In this document: positions 46,397 through 60,849 of the stretch, piece by piece | How the letters are laid out: each line of letters begins with the position of its first letter | Numbering within the stretch: the stretch's first letter is position 1 | DNA from: Phoronis australis | Taxonomy: Eukaryota > Animalia > Phoronida | Length of the DNA stretch: 64,000 nt | Direction: 5' to 3' | Assembly: GCA_002633005.1 (NCBI GenBank) | Contig: NMRA01000342.1 | Location: 334,056-398,055, forward strand | Position numbers and translations under genes: made by a program | The notes under the pieces: generated by a model | Databases searched by the model: none | The model's input: the letters and a program-made list of their open reading frames with translations, nothing else | What the model was told of the DNA's origin: nothing

Positions 46397-49300
46397 CTAT
46401 CAAAATTAGACAGGAAGTAAGTGAGCAACAAAGCTTGGGAAGACATTGAAAGCTCAACTTGACAATATTGAATAGAAGAGAGTTTTAGTAACAGCCACGT
46501 TTTTCTTACGTGTGGTTTCGAGGTGACTTTAATTTAGTGGTGGAGTTCGTTAGCTCGTAATTAATAAATATTAGATTTGCACTGAAGTCTTCAAGCTATG
46601 TAAATTATCTGGAACGTTCAATCTTTATACAGCAAAATATCAAAACTTAGCGTTCGGGTCCTGGGATTGGATTTCGCGCCCTCAACACACATCACAGATG
46701 CTTCAACAAGTCACGCTTTTCTTCAGTGACACAACATAACCCACAGAGGTAATCAGAACGCTCCATCCAATTTTTAAAAGACCTCTACAGTACACGAACA
46801 CATGGAACTGTATCTTTTAAACACACGATTTTTTAACAATAACCCTGATCGTTTCTTTTAACGACGCCGTGTAGGTTAAAATAATTCCAGACGGTTCTCC
46901 AGATCAAGATCACGGTATTGCCTCTTTGAGCTGTCATGAATTCAAAATGTATTGAACCTGCACCTTTGACAACGTCAGTCAACACAGCACAGATAAGAGC
47001 AGAGGTGTGACACTTTGCTGTACTTACATCACTCGGTTTTGACGCTGGTATGGGCATTCCTGATTCGTCTGTCTTCCAAGCTGTTTGTGGCTCGGGACTA
47101 ACCTGTCCAGACGCAGGTCGTTTTTCTTTCTTTCGACAACATCCGCAGCAGCAGGCGTTGGAATAAACAAACCTAAACGCCAATCAGTTTTAAACATGTT
47201 AATTATTGGGAAGGGTAATGTTGAAGAACTCAAATCAACATGTTCACGTCTTCAGTCAAAGTGTAACAGACGTTTTTTGTGAAAATCTTAGCCAGCCGTC
47301 AGTGTCGCGCAGCATTGAGCACTGAGTCATTTCGAACGGTCTAGAGAAACAGCTGGGCGGCGTTCACCACGGAAGTCTTCGCAAGATATCGCAAAGCAAA
47401 GTATATGATCTCGCTAGCTGTTACTTGCAAGAAACCAACGTTACTAATGGGACGCGCCTCAATTCTCTTATGTTCCCATTTCATAAATGTCGGGACCAAT
47501 CCCACCAAAAAAGTGTAATTTTATGGAGCACCGAGAATCTCCGCTGGGAGTAAGTATCTGGTAAAGACGGGATGTCACCTATCGTATGTCAAGAAAGAAC
47601 TTTTGATCGTTACAAAATCGGTCTCAAATTGCTGTCACTTTGATGAGAATTGATTTATGGTCTACGCCCAGATATATTGCCTTCTAGCGCTTTCTGGGCC
47701 TAACTCCAATTATTGTATCATATATTTTTCTTAACGAACCTTTTCAAAAAAAGTTCAGGTCTTGGGAAGCGTTGACGGTTTGCTACTTCCGGCTCAACAA
47801 GTTGGATTCACGCTGCGCATCACTTAATTTACAGAACACGAGGTCAACAATAACAAAATATCAGTATTTCAAAGCTCCAAAACCACTTCTCATCTCAGTA
47901 AGAGACCCATTTTGTAACAACAACATGCGCGCACCCAAAGGGAGGGGGATCGGGGGGTTCGAATGAGTCCCTTCATTTGGCGATGTGGGCAAAAAGGTTG
48001 TCCTCAGAGAAACAAAAAATTCGAAAAAGTAAAAAAACGAGATAAAAGCCCACTAAAAAGGCAAGAACTATAAAAATTCGGCGAATGCACAATTCATAGT
48101 TCTGAACGTGCTCCGTAAATCTTAGTAAAAGGTCCACATTCTCAAAAATTCGAGCGCCACATTTTTTAGGCTGGGTGCGCGCCTGCCTTGTTTGGTAAAA
48201 GTTGGTTTTAAGACAGCTTAGATTAACCACTAGCGCTAACCATCCATTATTTCGTTGAAAACAGGACTAAACTTTTTGTTTGAAAGCTTGATACTAGGTC
48301 GCTTGTGGTGTCGAAACAATCTCCTTTTTTCAGGTGTGCAGCTATGAAGCAAAACACCGAGAGACATAACAAACAAACAAACAAATTAAAACACTAGCTA
48401 TATTTCGAGACTGCATGTCTCACCATCAGGCAATAAGTGGAACAAACATATATGTAGCAAAATTAACATCCATTATTTATGAAGTTTGTTGAAGCGAACA
48501 GAGAAAGTCAAAGATTTCACTAGAGCCAAATGAGATGCCACATTTTATTGCTGGGGGCGGCAGTATCGTGATTGCTAGACTAATATCGAGCCAGAAGCTG
48601 GAGTAATGTGTTGAAAGTTTTTGAGGATGACAACGACATTGTTAATGCTGTATTTAAGAAATTCGTTAATCTACTTTACCTGAACATATCTGCCAATGGA
48701 TCGCCGATATTCGCCAAACAGAGGAGGAATATGGGTATGCCGATAACTGCGTAAGCAATACAGACAATCTTTCCCCAGAGTGTCTTTGGTGCGATATGAC
48801 CGTAACCTGTAAAAGACTCAAGCTCAGAGTATAACTTATACTAGCAAGGGTGGTCTCGTTACGCATTAAGTAACTGGTGTAAGTTTTGAGATCTCCTCTC
48901 GTGTTGACATTTGGTGGGAAATGATGTCGTTTAGAAGGGCAGTTAAAGAAAGAATACTTGAGCGGGGATAATTGATTCCATATTTCCCGCGCCGATTACG
49001 TCACGTGACACATCGATATTCCCCCTTACTGGGGAGAGGTGGTCGCGCGGACCTGATTTGTCTACGACTTTGCATTAAGTACCATGTCTTTTTATTGTTA
49101 TCATTTAAACGTACTGAATCAGTGTGACAGAAGGCTTTCTCTAACACGTACCGTTACATCGGAACAATGTCCCCCAATTTCCCTGCTGTTTCCAGAAATT
49201 ATCGGTGTCTATCATAAACTACGCAGGTTCCATTCACCCTCAAGTATGTACATTTTCAAAAATGACAAAATTTGATAACCATCACAATTATGTTTGGAAA

Positions 49301-52300
49301 ATAAGATATGGCCTTCTCGCAAGTCGCTTTGTGGGCATTTGACATAGTTTTGAAACATCACAACTCTATTTTAGTCTTTGCCTACTACAAATCTTAAAAA
49401 AATGGAGAATACCGACTTACGTTTTCCTTACTCTGGCAAAAATTTTAATGAGTATGAGTTACTGAAAGTCCATCTCAAATTAGATAATGGTTGTAATTCT
49501 TCTGAATACGGATTCATTTCATTTGAAAGTGTGAGTTTTAACGACTTAAGTTAAATTTCCTAGATTACTCATTTTCTTACGTCGGCGGCCATTATTGTTT
49601 TAGTGGATTTTCAGTACCTCAGATCCAAAACGTTACATCATTAATTTCGTTTTCTCGTCTTTCGTTTTGACGCACACTGTGTTTTCTATGAAATAAGATA
49701 TATAATGGGTCACCTCCTTAGTTATTGGGCTATGGTTACTCCCAAAACGTCACCGAAAAAGGCGCAATTTGACTTGCTCAAACGTGCGCCAGACTACTCA
49801 TCTGCATTTGACAAGCGGGCGTTACACTACATTGTTTCAACTGTGAGTTAAAATTTAGTATACATGAGTACTTTGAAACGAGAAACTTTTTCTTTTCTAA
49901 ACTTTTCGTTGGAATTATATCACCAAATTTTTACACTTGAGTTTGCTAATATGACCTCATTGTGAAATTATTATTTTTCAAATCTTAATAAATCACCATT
50001 AAAAGAATACTAGACATTGCCAGGATCTACTTCATTTCTCATGGATTAATAACCTGAATGTCGCGAAAGGATATAACCATAGCCATAGTTGCATATGGTA
50101 GCTGAAAAACAACCATGACTAAACTGTTTTAAAAATTAGTCAATGTCACAAAACAACGACTACTTTACGACTTTTTGGCAAAGTGCATCGAACCTCCTTT
50201 AGTCGTTCCCACAATTCCACAGCTTGCTGGTTGCACTCAGCTTGAACTAATCGTAATGTAACACCAGGAAATAGCGAGTCTGTACCAACAAACGAATTCT
50301 CAACGGAGTGAAAAAAATAGACGAGTCTCGAAAGAACTATCAGTTTATTAAACGATAGGATTAAAAAACAAACAAGACCATGATTCCAAAGTATCGTCTA
50401 AAGTCCATGATTTAAATGTCAATTACTGAACTTGTCAAGTATATTTCACCTTAAAATTGCTGGGACATTGTTTTTCGCCATTTTGTTTTGTTTTGAAATG
50501 TTTGGAATTAAAAGTAGACAAGGTTTTACTTGGACACGCATGTTTGAGGATTTTGTTGTACTCTGTTCAAAGGTTATGATTAATCTCGATATTTCACACG
50601 GCATACAAAAACTGTTTAAGTTTGAAGTTAAACCGCCTCACTCACCAAACTCGGGCCCAGTAACTTTAATTGTAATAAGATTAAACATCAAATAGCTGAA
50701 ACAAAATGATTTAACGAGAAAATCCATTTTCCGAAATCTCCCTCACTTGTATTGATTTCACCGAATGTAAAGCAGACAACGCCGAGAATTGGATTTTATG
50801 TTTTATAGCTCTGTTCAAAGCTCAAACTGAAAATAAACTTCTATTCCACAATTGAACAAAAATTGGTTTTCGGCAGTAAAACTCTAATTTTCCTTGTAAG
50901 GAGTTTAATAATACTTTGATATTACTTATCGTTTAAAACGTATAGATGGATGTGTGGATTAATAAGCCGGTGTGGTAAACCAAGCGTATTTCTTGACATA
51001 TTTTTCTCAACGTGTCAACGACTGTTATTTGCAAGGCTGGCAATCTGATATACAGTAGAATGTAACGCAAAACTGCCTTACAATGTGAGGTATTAATCAA
51101 TGTATTGTCTTGAGTATTATCTAGAAATATTTAATATCCCTCGTGTTTTTGTCCAGTCTCTGACTCGATTGCGATGATCAAATCATTCGTTACTAGCCCA
51201 AAGAGGTCGCCACACAAATATTCCCTATGAAAACAGGTTGTGTGATTTATGTAATTCGGGATGTGTAGAGGACGACTATCACCTTGTGTTAGTTTGCAGT
51301 GCGTACCAAGACCTTCGGGTCGAGTACTTAAGTGAACGTTTTTGTCATTCTCCCACGACATCTAAATTTGTACCTCTCATGAGAACTCCGGATATACTAC
51401 TTATAAAATTCGTCCATCAAAGCTCTCAATCGTCACAATTTATTATCCAGTTTGTAACGCAACTGACAATGTTCTGTCTTGTACATGTTATACTTTGGGC
51501 CTATGGCCATACGTATACATTTCAATAAATCACAAGGAAACTAATACTTCTCAAATTGTCAGAGAAAATGAATAATTTCAAAAGGCAATCAAAATTCCCC
51601 TTTGCTATCTGGCCTTACGTAGAGTCCCGACACTGAGGACACTTTGAGAGCTATGCACTAAATAACTGTGGCCACCATCTTGTCGGTTTCAATAAGCCCG
51701 CTTCGCACAATTACTTTCGTCCAATATTGAAGCTGCTCCTGATAATTAATGGATTCAATTTCTCCTATCCTTCGATCATTGTAATATGGCTACCAAAGGA
51801 GGCATTACTATGCGAAACACGTGACCACGATAAACCTTACTGTTTTTTTTTAAGTTGTCTCGCGAGAAATTACTAAAACAAGCGTCAGTCTTCCAGAGGA
51901 AAAGATTCTTGGAGGTTGCATTATTCCCCTTCAACACCGACGTGATTCAGCAAGCAAAGTCATATCACACAGTCAACCGATCAAATTTACATAATTGATT
52001 GTCTAGTGGCGGCCGAAGGGACTGCAGACAGTAATTTAATCACAGTTGTTTGCATGGCGGAGGTATCGCGAAAACAAAGTGCACTTGAAAAGTAGTCGAA
52101 GAAGTTTTTGGTTGTCTGCTCCCTAAAGGTCAACCATATAATCCAAACAAAATTCGGAGCTTTACACAAAAAGGTTCATTTAACGCGTAATGTTTACCGA
52201 ATTATTGGATATCGAGCACATATTCATTTATCTATTAATAATGAGCGATGAATTCTAAAGTACAACGGAGCAGAACCTATTGAGTAAGCACGAATTATGC

Positions 52301-55300
52301 ATGAGGTTACCATGGATACTGAACGAAGAGAACGGTTGAGTGAAGTTAGTTCGATGTCAACATGCGTGTTTACAATAAACTCGATGTTACAAAGTAATTT
52401 CCTTTTTGGCATCATTCAATACATGTATCTAGTTTTTTATCTCTAGGCCAAACGTAAATGGATTCAAGGTCAACTTAATTTCAACACGCTCATATTTTAG
52501 ACGCGTTTTAGTGATTTTAGAAAAAAAATCGACATTGCACGATTAGTACCCCTGCTGGGAGATGAAGTGCTAATCAGGTGAACTGATTCTCCTGTGCGTC
52601 ACTAAGTCGATCGGCGCGTGGATCTCGCGATTCAATGCGATCTGTTTCCGCTGTCATCTCGACAATACTAACGTGTTTAGCAGACTGTGCTCGGAGATTA
52701 GAAGCTCTTGTCGACTTAAATTCTCTTAAAATTATAATTTTTTAAAACAATTATCGTCATAAAATTGGTCTCTATTACTCCTTACACCGATTAGAAATCC
52801 CTGGGCTTGCGAACAACTTGTTATTGGTCGAGACCAAGTTAAACGTGTTGGCGCCACCTCACGGTCACTTTTACATGCCGATCATGGGTCTCAAAGAATA
52901 ATGAATCGCCACTTCTTCACAATTCTGCAAACCTCTATTCATCTCAGTAAAGAACATATTGAAACATAGCTTTATATCAGCAGGTGACCTGAATGAAGTT
53001 AATTTTTGGACAAATGTCGGACTTATAGCAACGCTAATGCAATGCAGTAATAAATAATATATCCTACTCAAAAAGGTGTGGTATTTTTAAGACATGGGCC
53101 TATTTCCTCATTTCCTTCCCACGCCTAAACATATCGTGAACTAAGCTGATTAGATCTAAAATCTTGTCTCACTGACATCTCATTCACACAGTAACCATTT
53201 TAGTAGTCTCTTCTTAGGTTAAAAAACAATGCATTTGAGACACAAATATAACGAAGCACGCGAAAGTTAATCACGCTTTGCGCTGTGATTAAGCTCAGAA
53301 TGCATTGTTTTAAAACCTAAAAAGAGACTCACTTTTAAAATGGCGACTGCGTGAATAATCCTTACTAGGATAACAGTTGATTACACCCATCAGAAAGAAT
53401 TAAGATGGTGAGCAAATGTGAGGCGAAGCAGATCAATTTTGGAAAGGTTGTCTAATCCTGTTAAAAGCGATGACATTTTTATCTCCATTTTTACTTTTCT
53501 ATTCCCCCTGGTTTTGTTTGCGGATACCCCAATAGGTTTGCAACGTTAAATAATATAGCATTGTAGGTGTCACGCAAATATTGTGAAGGCGAACATGTAC
53601 AAGACCAAAGTCATGGTGCTTCGGAAAGATGCGTTTTGGAAAAACATGAAAAATGGTTCTACTAAAATTGAAGTTGTCTCCCTTTCAATTTGCCAGAGAG
53701 GGAAGTAGATTATTGAGGTTTCAAGGCGAAGTATTTTTGGGGGAAAACTTGGATTTCAAGACGCATGGAGGTCACACATGATTCTAGACAAAATGAGCTA
53801 CATTGACGAAATTCGAATGCTAGTCTAGTAGGGCCATTACAACGAAATATCTACGGCAGTGGAACGTTTTGAAAACGTTGAACTATGACGTCAGCATACT
53901 GATAATCTTAGACCAATATTAAAACTGCATTTTGCCCTGTTTAACTGACTAACAAAACGAAAATGGAATTAGTCAGACCTTTCCCCTCATCAACTCGGTC
54001 TTACAATATTGCTTTCCATGGTAGTATTTCCTTATTCCCGTTACCAACTCAAGTAACAGACAATGCGTGTAAGCGGACATTTGGAATTTACAAATTTAGG
54101 GTTGGCTAATCCCCATACACTCTCCAGCGTTTTCCTGAGTCGGCGATGTTTCGATGTGCTCCATAGTAACATAAATAGAATCCTATCAGGGCAATTTAGG
54201 AGACCGATTTTATTGGGGTAAAAGGCTCAATCCGTTTTTTGTTTTTTAGCCAATTAGGGCAAATATAGTACCAAACTGATTAAGTTAAATGTTTTGCAAT
54301 AATCAGCAACCCAGTTGAGTGCAACTTTTAGGGCTGCAATGCACCTGTTCTTCCGTTATTCAGGAGTGCTCGAATTCACTTCAATTATGTTTACCCTTTG
54401 GGTCATGCTGCGAGTCTGTTTTGCCACAAAGTAATTACCATTCATCAAAGTGAATTGAAATCACCTACATACAATCAAACTGAGAATATCGAATCGTTTA
54501 TTGGTTTTACTTCAACGAACACAACTTTGCAGTTAGGGATGCCCTCATTATAAACATCTTCGCTAAAACAATACGTATTCTCTTCACACGTCTTCGGTAA
54601 TCAATATTACAATTACCGGTTTACCTAAGCAATGCATTGACTTTAATGACACGTTCGTTATTTACCAAACAGACGCTCGAATTATCCTATTGCATCAATT
54701 GATCGTACATGCAAATTGATTGCCTGATTCGTAAATAAATCTATAAGTTACTATTCGCCCTATAAGCATTGGAACACGTACAAAATGAACGTCATCATAA
54801 ATATTCTTGTTATTTTCATCTGGTCAATAACAGAGTCCCTTCACACTGCGCATGCCTAGAAGCACAAAATGTCGGCACGAGCGAGCGAGATATAGCGTGA
54901 ATAGAAAGGGCATTGTTGACCTTGGTTATGAGTACGAAAGTGTCTGCTTGTATTGCGATCTGTAAAATTCCTCTGACTTCTGGATGGGTGGACACTATTT
55001 GTGCAGTGTGCTTAGGCGCAGAAGTTAGTGAAGAGGTTTTTTATTCTTTGAAACACGTTTCACTGGTTACTCGTGCCTTTGACGCTCTTGTGTTGACGAG
55101 CAGCTGTTTACGATGACGCTTTTATGTGATTTCAACAAAAGTTTCTTATTAATCATTCCCGTCTTATATTTTCTGTTCAACTGCATTGCGCGATGGTCCT
55201 TAATGAAGGGGATTTGCTTTTGAAGATCTTTTTATTACTACGCATCTTATATAATTATATCTGATATATATTTTATAGCAGTTAGAGAATTGCAATAAAA

Positions 55301-58293
55301 CTACAGTTAGATACATATACATAAACATATACATCTAGATATACACGTAAATATAGCTATATATATACATATGTGTTCATGCATCTCTGTTGGTGATCGC
55401 AATACTAGCAACAGTTTAGACTCGTTTATACCATTCGAGTCGTGTCCAACAGATGGCGAGCAGACACGAATTAAATGTTTGCAACATAATTTCCACGCCA
55501 TATTGAGACCAAAATATTCACATTGCCTAGATTGTAATACAAAAAATCTGTAAATCACAAAGCTTCACATATATTCATTTGATTTTACTTCCATAACATC
55601 GTATGCTACATTATAATTTTAACATTCCGGTGTACCAGTGCAGAATGTTTGTGAACCTTCCTTATAAGTTAATTCTATGAAATAGATGTTGGTGAATCGC
55701 ATCACTTAGAATTGCATAGTTTTATTGAAGAATTGATGAAACGACTACTTAGACGCTAACACTGCTATTACAGAGAACCATTATTTTATATTTGTGGATT
55801 GTGTTTCTCTCATATTTGTTTCATCAATGCTACAGTATTTATCTGACACCAGCAGTATCTATATAAATGAAACAACGGTTTTGATAATTAGATATTGTAG
55901 ATTGCACTCTCAACTTAATATAACTAAAACGTGAACAGCATTTAATGGTTATCCAATATGGCGCTGCATTGAAGGTTAACACAACTCTGAGGCTCGTTGC
56001 ATGACGGACACTCGCGAGACACTTGCTGTGAGAGACATCGGTTCATTCTATCGAACGGAATTAACATTTCGGTTTGGCCTCCGAATCTCAAAGTGAGAAA
56101 TTTCGTTATTAAAGACGAAAGCTTAGTCACGAAACACGCGTGTCCTCAAAGTCGCAAGAAACTAGTTTTATGGAAGTCATCACTGCCTAGTACAACAACC
56201 CTTTGATATTTAATCGATCAGTAGTAGCAGGTAAAACTCACGGCCGATCCAAGAAGCTGACATTTGTTTAAGACCACTTAAGCTTTCGAATTGATCTCAA
56301 CTTGCTCCTTACTCATATTCGAAGTACTGTCTGGCTACACATAGAGCCCACAGATAATCGTTTACACCACACTTGACGCATAAAATGTCGTGACAGGCCA
56401 ACTTTTTGAACCTGATGTCACGCTAGAACGTGCCGTCACTTCCTTCTAAGCCTAGAACTTGCATCTTTTTTGGCTAAGAAACAAATTGAGAACAATTTAA
56501 TAGCGGGAGGTGGTCTGCATTAAAACTTTGTTATTTTGACGGAAGGCGGGCTTAGACTATGATCTCTTGAAATTCTCTCAGGTAATCTACATGTAACTAT
56601 CCAGTATCTTCATGTCTGTACACAACTTTCAACTTACTATTTCAAATCGCTTAGACAAGCAAACATTGCATTAGTGGCTGGTAATAAGTAACTAGTACAC
56701 GTTTTCGTTGTCTTACTGTTGGATGTATGGAGCCATTCCCGGCTGTTGTCGGAGGGGCATTCGCAACACCTCGGCTATTTTCGTAGCCTCAAATGGACCA
56801 TCTGATGTGAATGTTATCTACGCATTTGTGAACTTCAGTCATACTACAAATCATTCCCGAGCTTGAAAGTCACGACTTACTTTGGTAAGTCCGTACATGA
56901 GCAAATTAAGTTCACCTCCAAGCTGAAATTTGAGACTTGTTCCGAATGGCCGAGGGGCTTATTTCGTAGGATGACCAATATGTTGAGATGACCCACCAAT
57001 GAACTTGACACATTGAATAGTTGACCATGTTATCACATTAGTATTCGTTTCTAAGCTTGAATTTCCTTGCAATCCTGGTAATAATTGTCCCTTTAACCAG
57101 TAATACTGGTCTGGTCCTCATCAATGATTGGTATTTTAGAAATTTCGTTTACTATTTTCCTAACAACTTTTCGATAATTTTAGCCGCACTGGTTGTGTTC
57201 TAGGTACGCGATACTTCTCGCGCACGCGCGCTTGCGTAAACGGGAAAAACCGAAACCAAACATTTTGTTAATAATGGTATTCATAGTTTCAGTTTATATA
57301 ATCCATTTTATAAATGCACTTAGTTTTTGGCTCATGATTTGATTGTTAGCATATATTCGAGGGAGATTTTTCTCTTTCTCGCCAGCTAAACACAAATTAT
57401 CAACCGGCTCACTCACACTCCCAAACTCTCTGGACCCTTTCCTTTATATGTTAGAAAAAAAATCCAACCCCGAAACGGACCAGTGAAGGACATTTCACCT
57501 AAGATAACCAATAAAAAGCCAAAAAATTGAATGAGTTAGCCATCTCTTTCAGAAATGATTCGCTTAATATCACTAGTGGGTGTCATTTCGACTGAGGAGC
57601 TGTTCCCATTTCACACGGGTTTCGTAATGTACTATTTTGTTATCAGTCATACAAAGTAAGGCAATGCATTGTACATGTGAGGCACTTTTGAATACAAGAG
57701 TATTTGTGAGTAACATATTTAGACCAAGGAACTGTATATTACGTGCTTCCATTTGTGTACTCACCAATGGTTGATATGACAGTGAGAGCGAACAGTATGG
57801 ACCCTGCCAGGGACCACTTGTACGCCTGGCCACCTTCTTTGCCCATCATGGAGCAATCCTTTGTCACGTTGTAACCCGTATCCAGGACTGACAGAGAGAA
57901 TGAGCGCAGCTTCTCCACGTAGCGGTCCTTCTTCGCTTGGTCGTCCAAGTCTGTCTGTAGGTTGATGTCCCAAAGTAGCTCTACGGTGGCATTTTCAGCC
58001 TTCAGGTAGTCAGCGTTAGCGTTCTCGCATTCCGTTTTCTCATTGTGCTCCTCAAGGTGCTTGAATATAAAGCCGCCCGCGATGGTGACGACCACAACTA
58101 GGATACCAAGACCCACTGTAGAAAAAGCGAACTTGAGGCCCTTTTTGCAAATGGCCGCCACCCTGGACGGCTTCTTTTCTTCGGCCTGCTGTTCCTCGAC
58201 ATCCTCGTTGATTTCATCGTGTTTAGACATTTGAGATTTCCTCGATCTAGCCGAGGATAGCCGTTGCTGCTGGCTCACGTTTCCCGATTCCAT
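45917..58293 (-). CDS. Two-pore-domain potassium channel (K2P, TWiK/KCNK family), 4 coding exons, about 426 aa
   Basis: Exons 58293-57765, 48806-48680, 47172-47028, 46396-45917, total 1281 nt, GT-AG with matching phases. M1 (GLGILVVVVTIAGGFIFKHLE), cap domain, P1 WSLAGSILFALTVISTIG|YGHIAPKT, M2 GIP, M3, P2 DATYFSFITLSTIGFGDFVPG, M4. Confidence 0.95.
47028..47172 (-). CDS. K2P exon 3 (M2-M3 cytoplasmic loop)
   Basis: tttag acceptor, FVYSNACCCGCCRKKEKRP...KPSD, gtaagt donor. Confidence 0.88.
47924..48185. mobile_element. MITE with ~14-bp TIRs (ca.gcgcgcaccca ... tgggtgcgcgcctg); partial second copy at about 8150-8289
   Basis: TIRs visible. gtccacattctcaaaa.ttcg...ttttttaggctgggtg is shared with 8234-8289. 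Confidence 0.75.
48680..48806 (-). CDS. K2P exon 2 (GYG filter, M2)
   Basis: ttacag acceptor, GYGHIAPKTLWGKIVCIAYAVIGIPIFLLCLANIGDPLADMFR, gtaaag donor. The ORF track shows it in a different frame. Confidence 0.93.
51180..51530 (+). mobile_element. RTE-X-like LINE 3' remnant in K2P intron 1
   Basis: LCDLCNSGCVEDDYHLVLVCSAYQDLR zinc-knuckle motif; ends at aataaa near 51524-51529. Confidence 0.7.
53182..53356. repeat. Foldback element with ~60-bp inverted arms
   Basis: attcacacagtaaccattttagtagtctcttcttaggttaaaaaacaatgcatttgag versus reverse complement of the right arm, attcacgcagtcgccattttaaaagtgagtctctttttaggttttaaaacaatgcattctgag. Confidence 0.8.
53511..53680 (+). mobile_element. RTE-X-like reverse transcriptase remnant
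   Basis: Frameshifted VLFADTPIGLQR ... NMYKTKVMVLRK ... EKWFY ... IEVV. Confidence 0.6.
57765..58293 (-). CDS. K2P exon 1 (N-terminus, M1, cap, first part of P1)
   Basis: ORF 57739..58293, ends TVISTIG with gtgagt donor (phase 1). Confidence 0.92.
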
Positions 58294-60849
58294 TATAAGT
58301 ACCCGTTTGTATCACAGAATCAATGATTCTTGAGTCGACCGTAAGAACTAAAATCGTAGATGGTGCTACGCGCTCTTTAAAAAGCAATGCGTTTTTCCGT
58401 GTCTGAACTTTTTGAGACAGTGATAGTAATGTAGTTTTAACACAGAGAACGACAGTTTTACATTGCTAATCCCTCGAATAGCGATAGATCCGCGCCAAGG
58501 AATCTCGACATTGAGACCATCCAATGGTTTTGCGCTACTGCTTGACGCGGATGCGACGATCGATTGCATTAAAAATTAAAGAGTTGTTACAACGTTCCAC
58601 CGACTGATCGATCGCCCATTGTTTTCGCTCGTTTACCAGATAAGGCGTGCAAAGCAAACTCTAAACACATTCTAAATATTTGAAACCCGTTCCATTGTTT
58701 TGTTAGTATATGCATGAATGTTTAATTGCTTTTAACGACGCCACATTGATCGGTGAGTCCGCTCCATGGAGACAATGCTGTATTTGTTTTTTCTATTGAA
58801 CACATCACCAAGCGGATACATGAAGAAAACCGACCCTCATAAAGTAACAACAAATCTTGCAAGCAACATAATTAGAGCGAGGAAATTTATCATTCTCGCT
58901 ATTTGCATATCACTAACTTTTGAGAACGTCACCAAACTAATGACGTCATGGGGACTGTCAGAAATCATGAAAAAATATGCGCTTGAAAACATTGCGCTCA
59001 GCTCAAAACAAAAACTTTCACTCTAGACTGGCCCAGTGTACTTAAATTACGTACAACGAGAACAGAAAAGGGTGAGATAATAAGCCACGGGGGCAGTTAG
59101 TTGATTAACAAGTAATTCGGTAAAACATTACCCAGGGAATATTTCTACTACATTACATTACGTGTTCACGGACATTTCGAGAGTAGAGCCTGGGATCTAA
59201 TCTTTTTACTCAAAATCGAAATTATTTTGAACATTTACGTTCCATTTAGTTCAAACTCAAGATACGTATCTATGGTTCTGTGCTCAAGTATATTGTAGTT
59301 CACGTTGAAGACTGTGTATCATATTTTGCACTTGACTTTAGGAATGAAGCTACATGTTCCAGTCTGAACTCGAAATCTCGAGTTCTACTCGAAATCCTAA
59401 GGTTTTACTCGAGCCTGTAGCTTAAATCTAGAGGTCATCAAGAATAAATCTGGGTTACACACTCGTTTGCTTAAACTTAATCACAGAATATTTGATAACT
59501 ATCTTGAGACCGATTTAAAAGAGGACGGGAAATGTCTAAAACATTTACGAATTCAATTTCGAATCAAATGATTAATGCACACCGAACCCAGATCAAACAC
59601 AAAAACAGTGATCGTTGACGTTTCGATTTTAACAACAAAATCATCGTCAGGAAATAATTCTAATGAAACATTAATGAATAAATCGTATTGCCTAATTTGA
59701 TGTTGAAAAGTGGCTTAACCAATGACACTGAAGATAGGGAATCGCACAAACAAACGAACCAAGACAATTTTTTACAGCTATTTCCAATCTGGAGAATGGA
59801 TTTGAAAAGATAATACAATAAGGAAGTTTAGCGAATGCCTGTAACACGGTCTGACCAGCATTTGTTTCCGGTGTATGTGAAAGCGGCACCATTGGACACA
59901 CATTCACACATGTGTCTATGCGAGCGCTATGCATTTAGAGGAATATAGAAATGGTTCTGCATTCGATGTGATGTGGCTTGATCGACAAAGACTCTTGGCT
60001 CGTATTGGGTATGTATAGACTCTAGCAAAACTCTGCGAGTGGACTGCCACAACAATTTGCATGCAGATGTATCTCGAACATAAATCAATATATTGCTATG
60101 ATAATGCTTTTGTTATACTTAAAGGCACTGACGAGTTTGCACAATTGAATTATAATAGCTATTCTGCGTTGCCAGCAATGTCTGGAGAGTCAAAGCGGAA
60201 ACGGAAATGAGACGTGAACTGTGAATAAAAAGAATAGTGAAGCATGGTTCCTTTTAACCTTCCACGAGAAATTAGGCAAAATTATTCGAGGCAACAGCTA
60301 GTGTAACAAAAGTCTTTACGAGAGTTGGCGAGATTGTCAAAAATACAATCATGCCACTCCCAAAATATTCAGCATTATCACAAATTCTATATTTTTTCTC
60401 TTAGAATTAAATGTGCTCAATTTTGGAGAGCACTTGATTTGGCCGATGACTTTCGTGGCAATCGTGTAATTTACAGGGCCAGACACGTTTTCATGAAGAG
60501 AACTTCATGGTCTGTATTCATACTTTTACACAGGCCTCGATACAAAGAAAAAATAAGCACTCACTCAAATTACTGCAAGTTAAACCGTCCATTACCATAG
60601 CAAATTGTTGCTATCGCCATTTACCAGTGGTATCGCCTGGCCAGCGAAGCCGACTAGATCGCGGGGATAAAAACTAATGTCAGTGCCCAAACAACTCAAC
60701 AACATTCACGGACAGATGACCTAAATTATTATCAAGTGCTATTTTCGACATTTACTTGCTATTTCAAGAGAAATCTGAATTTTATTGTCGGCTCCCCTAA
60801 CAGCACAACATAAAAATCGGGTTGTTTACTATATCTGTATATATGTACC

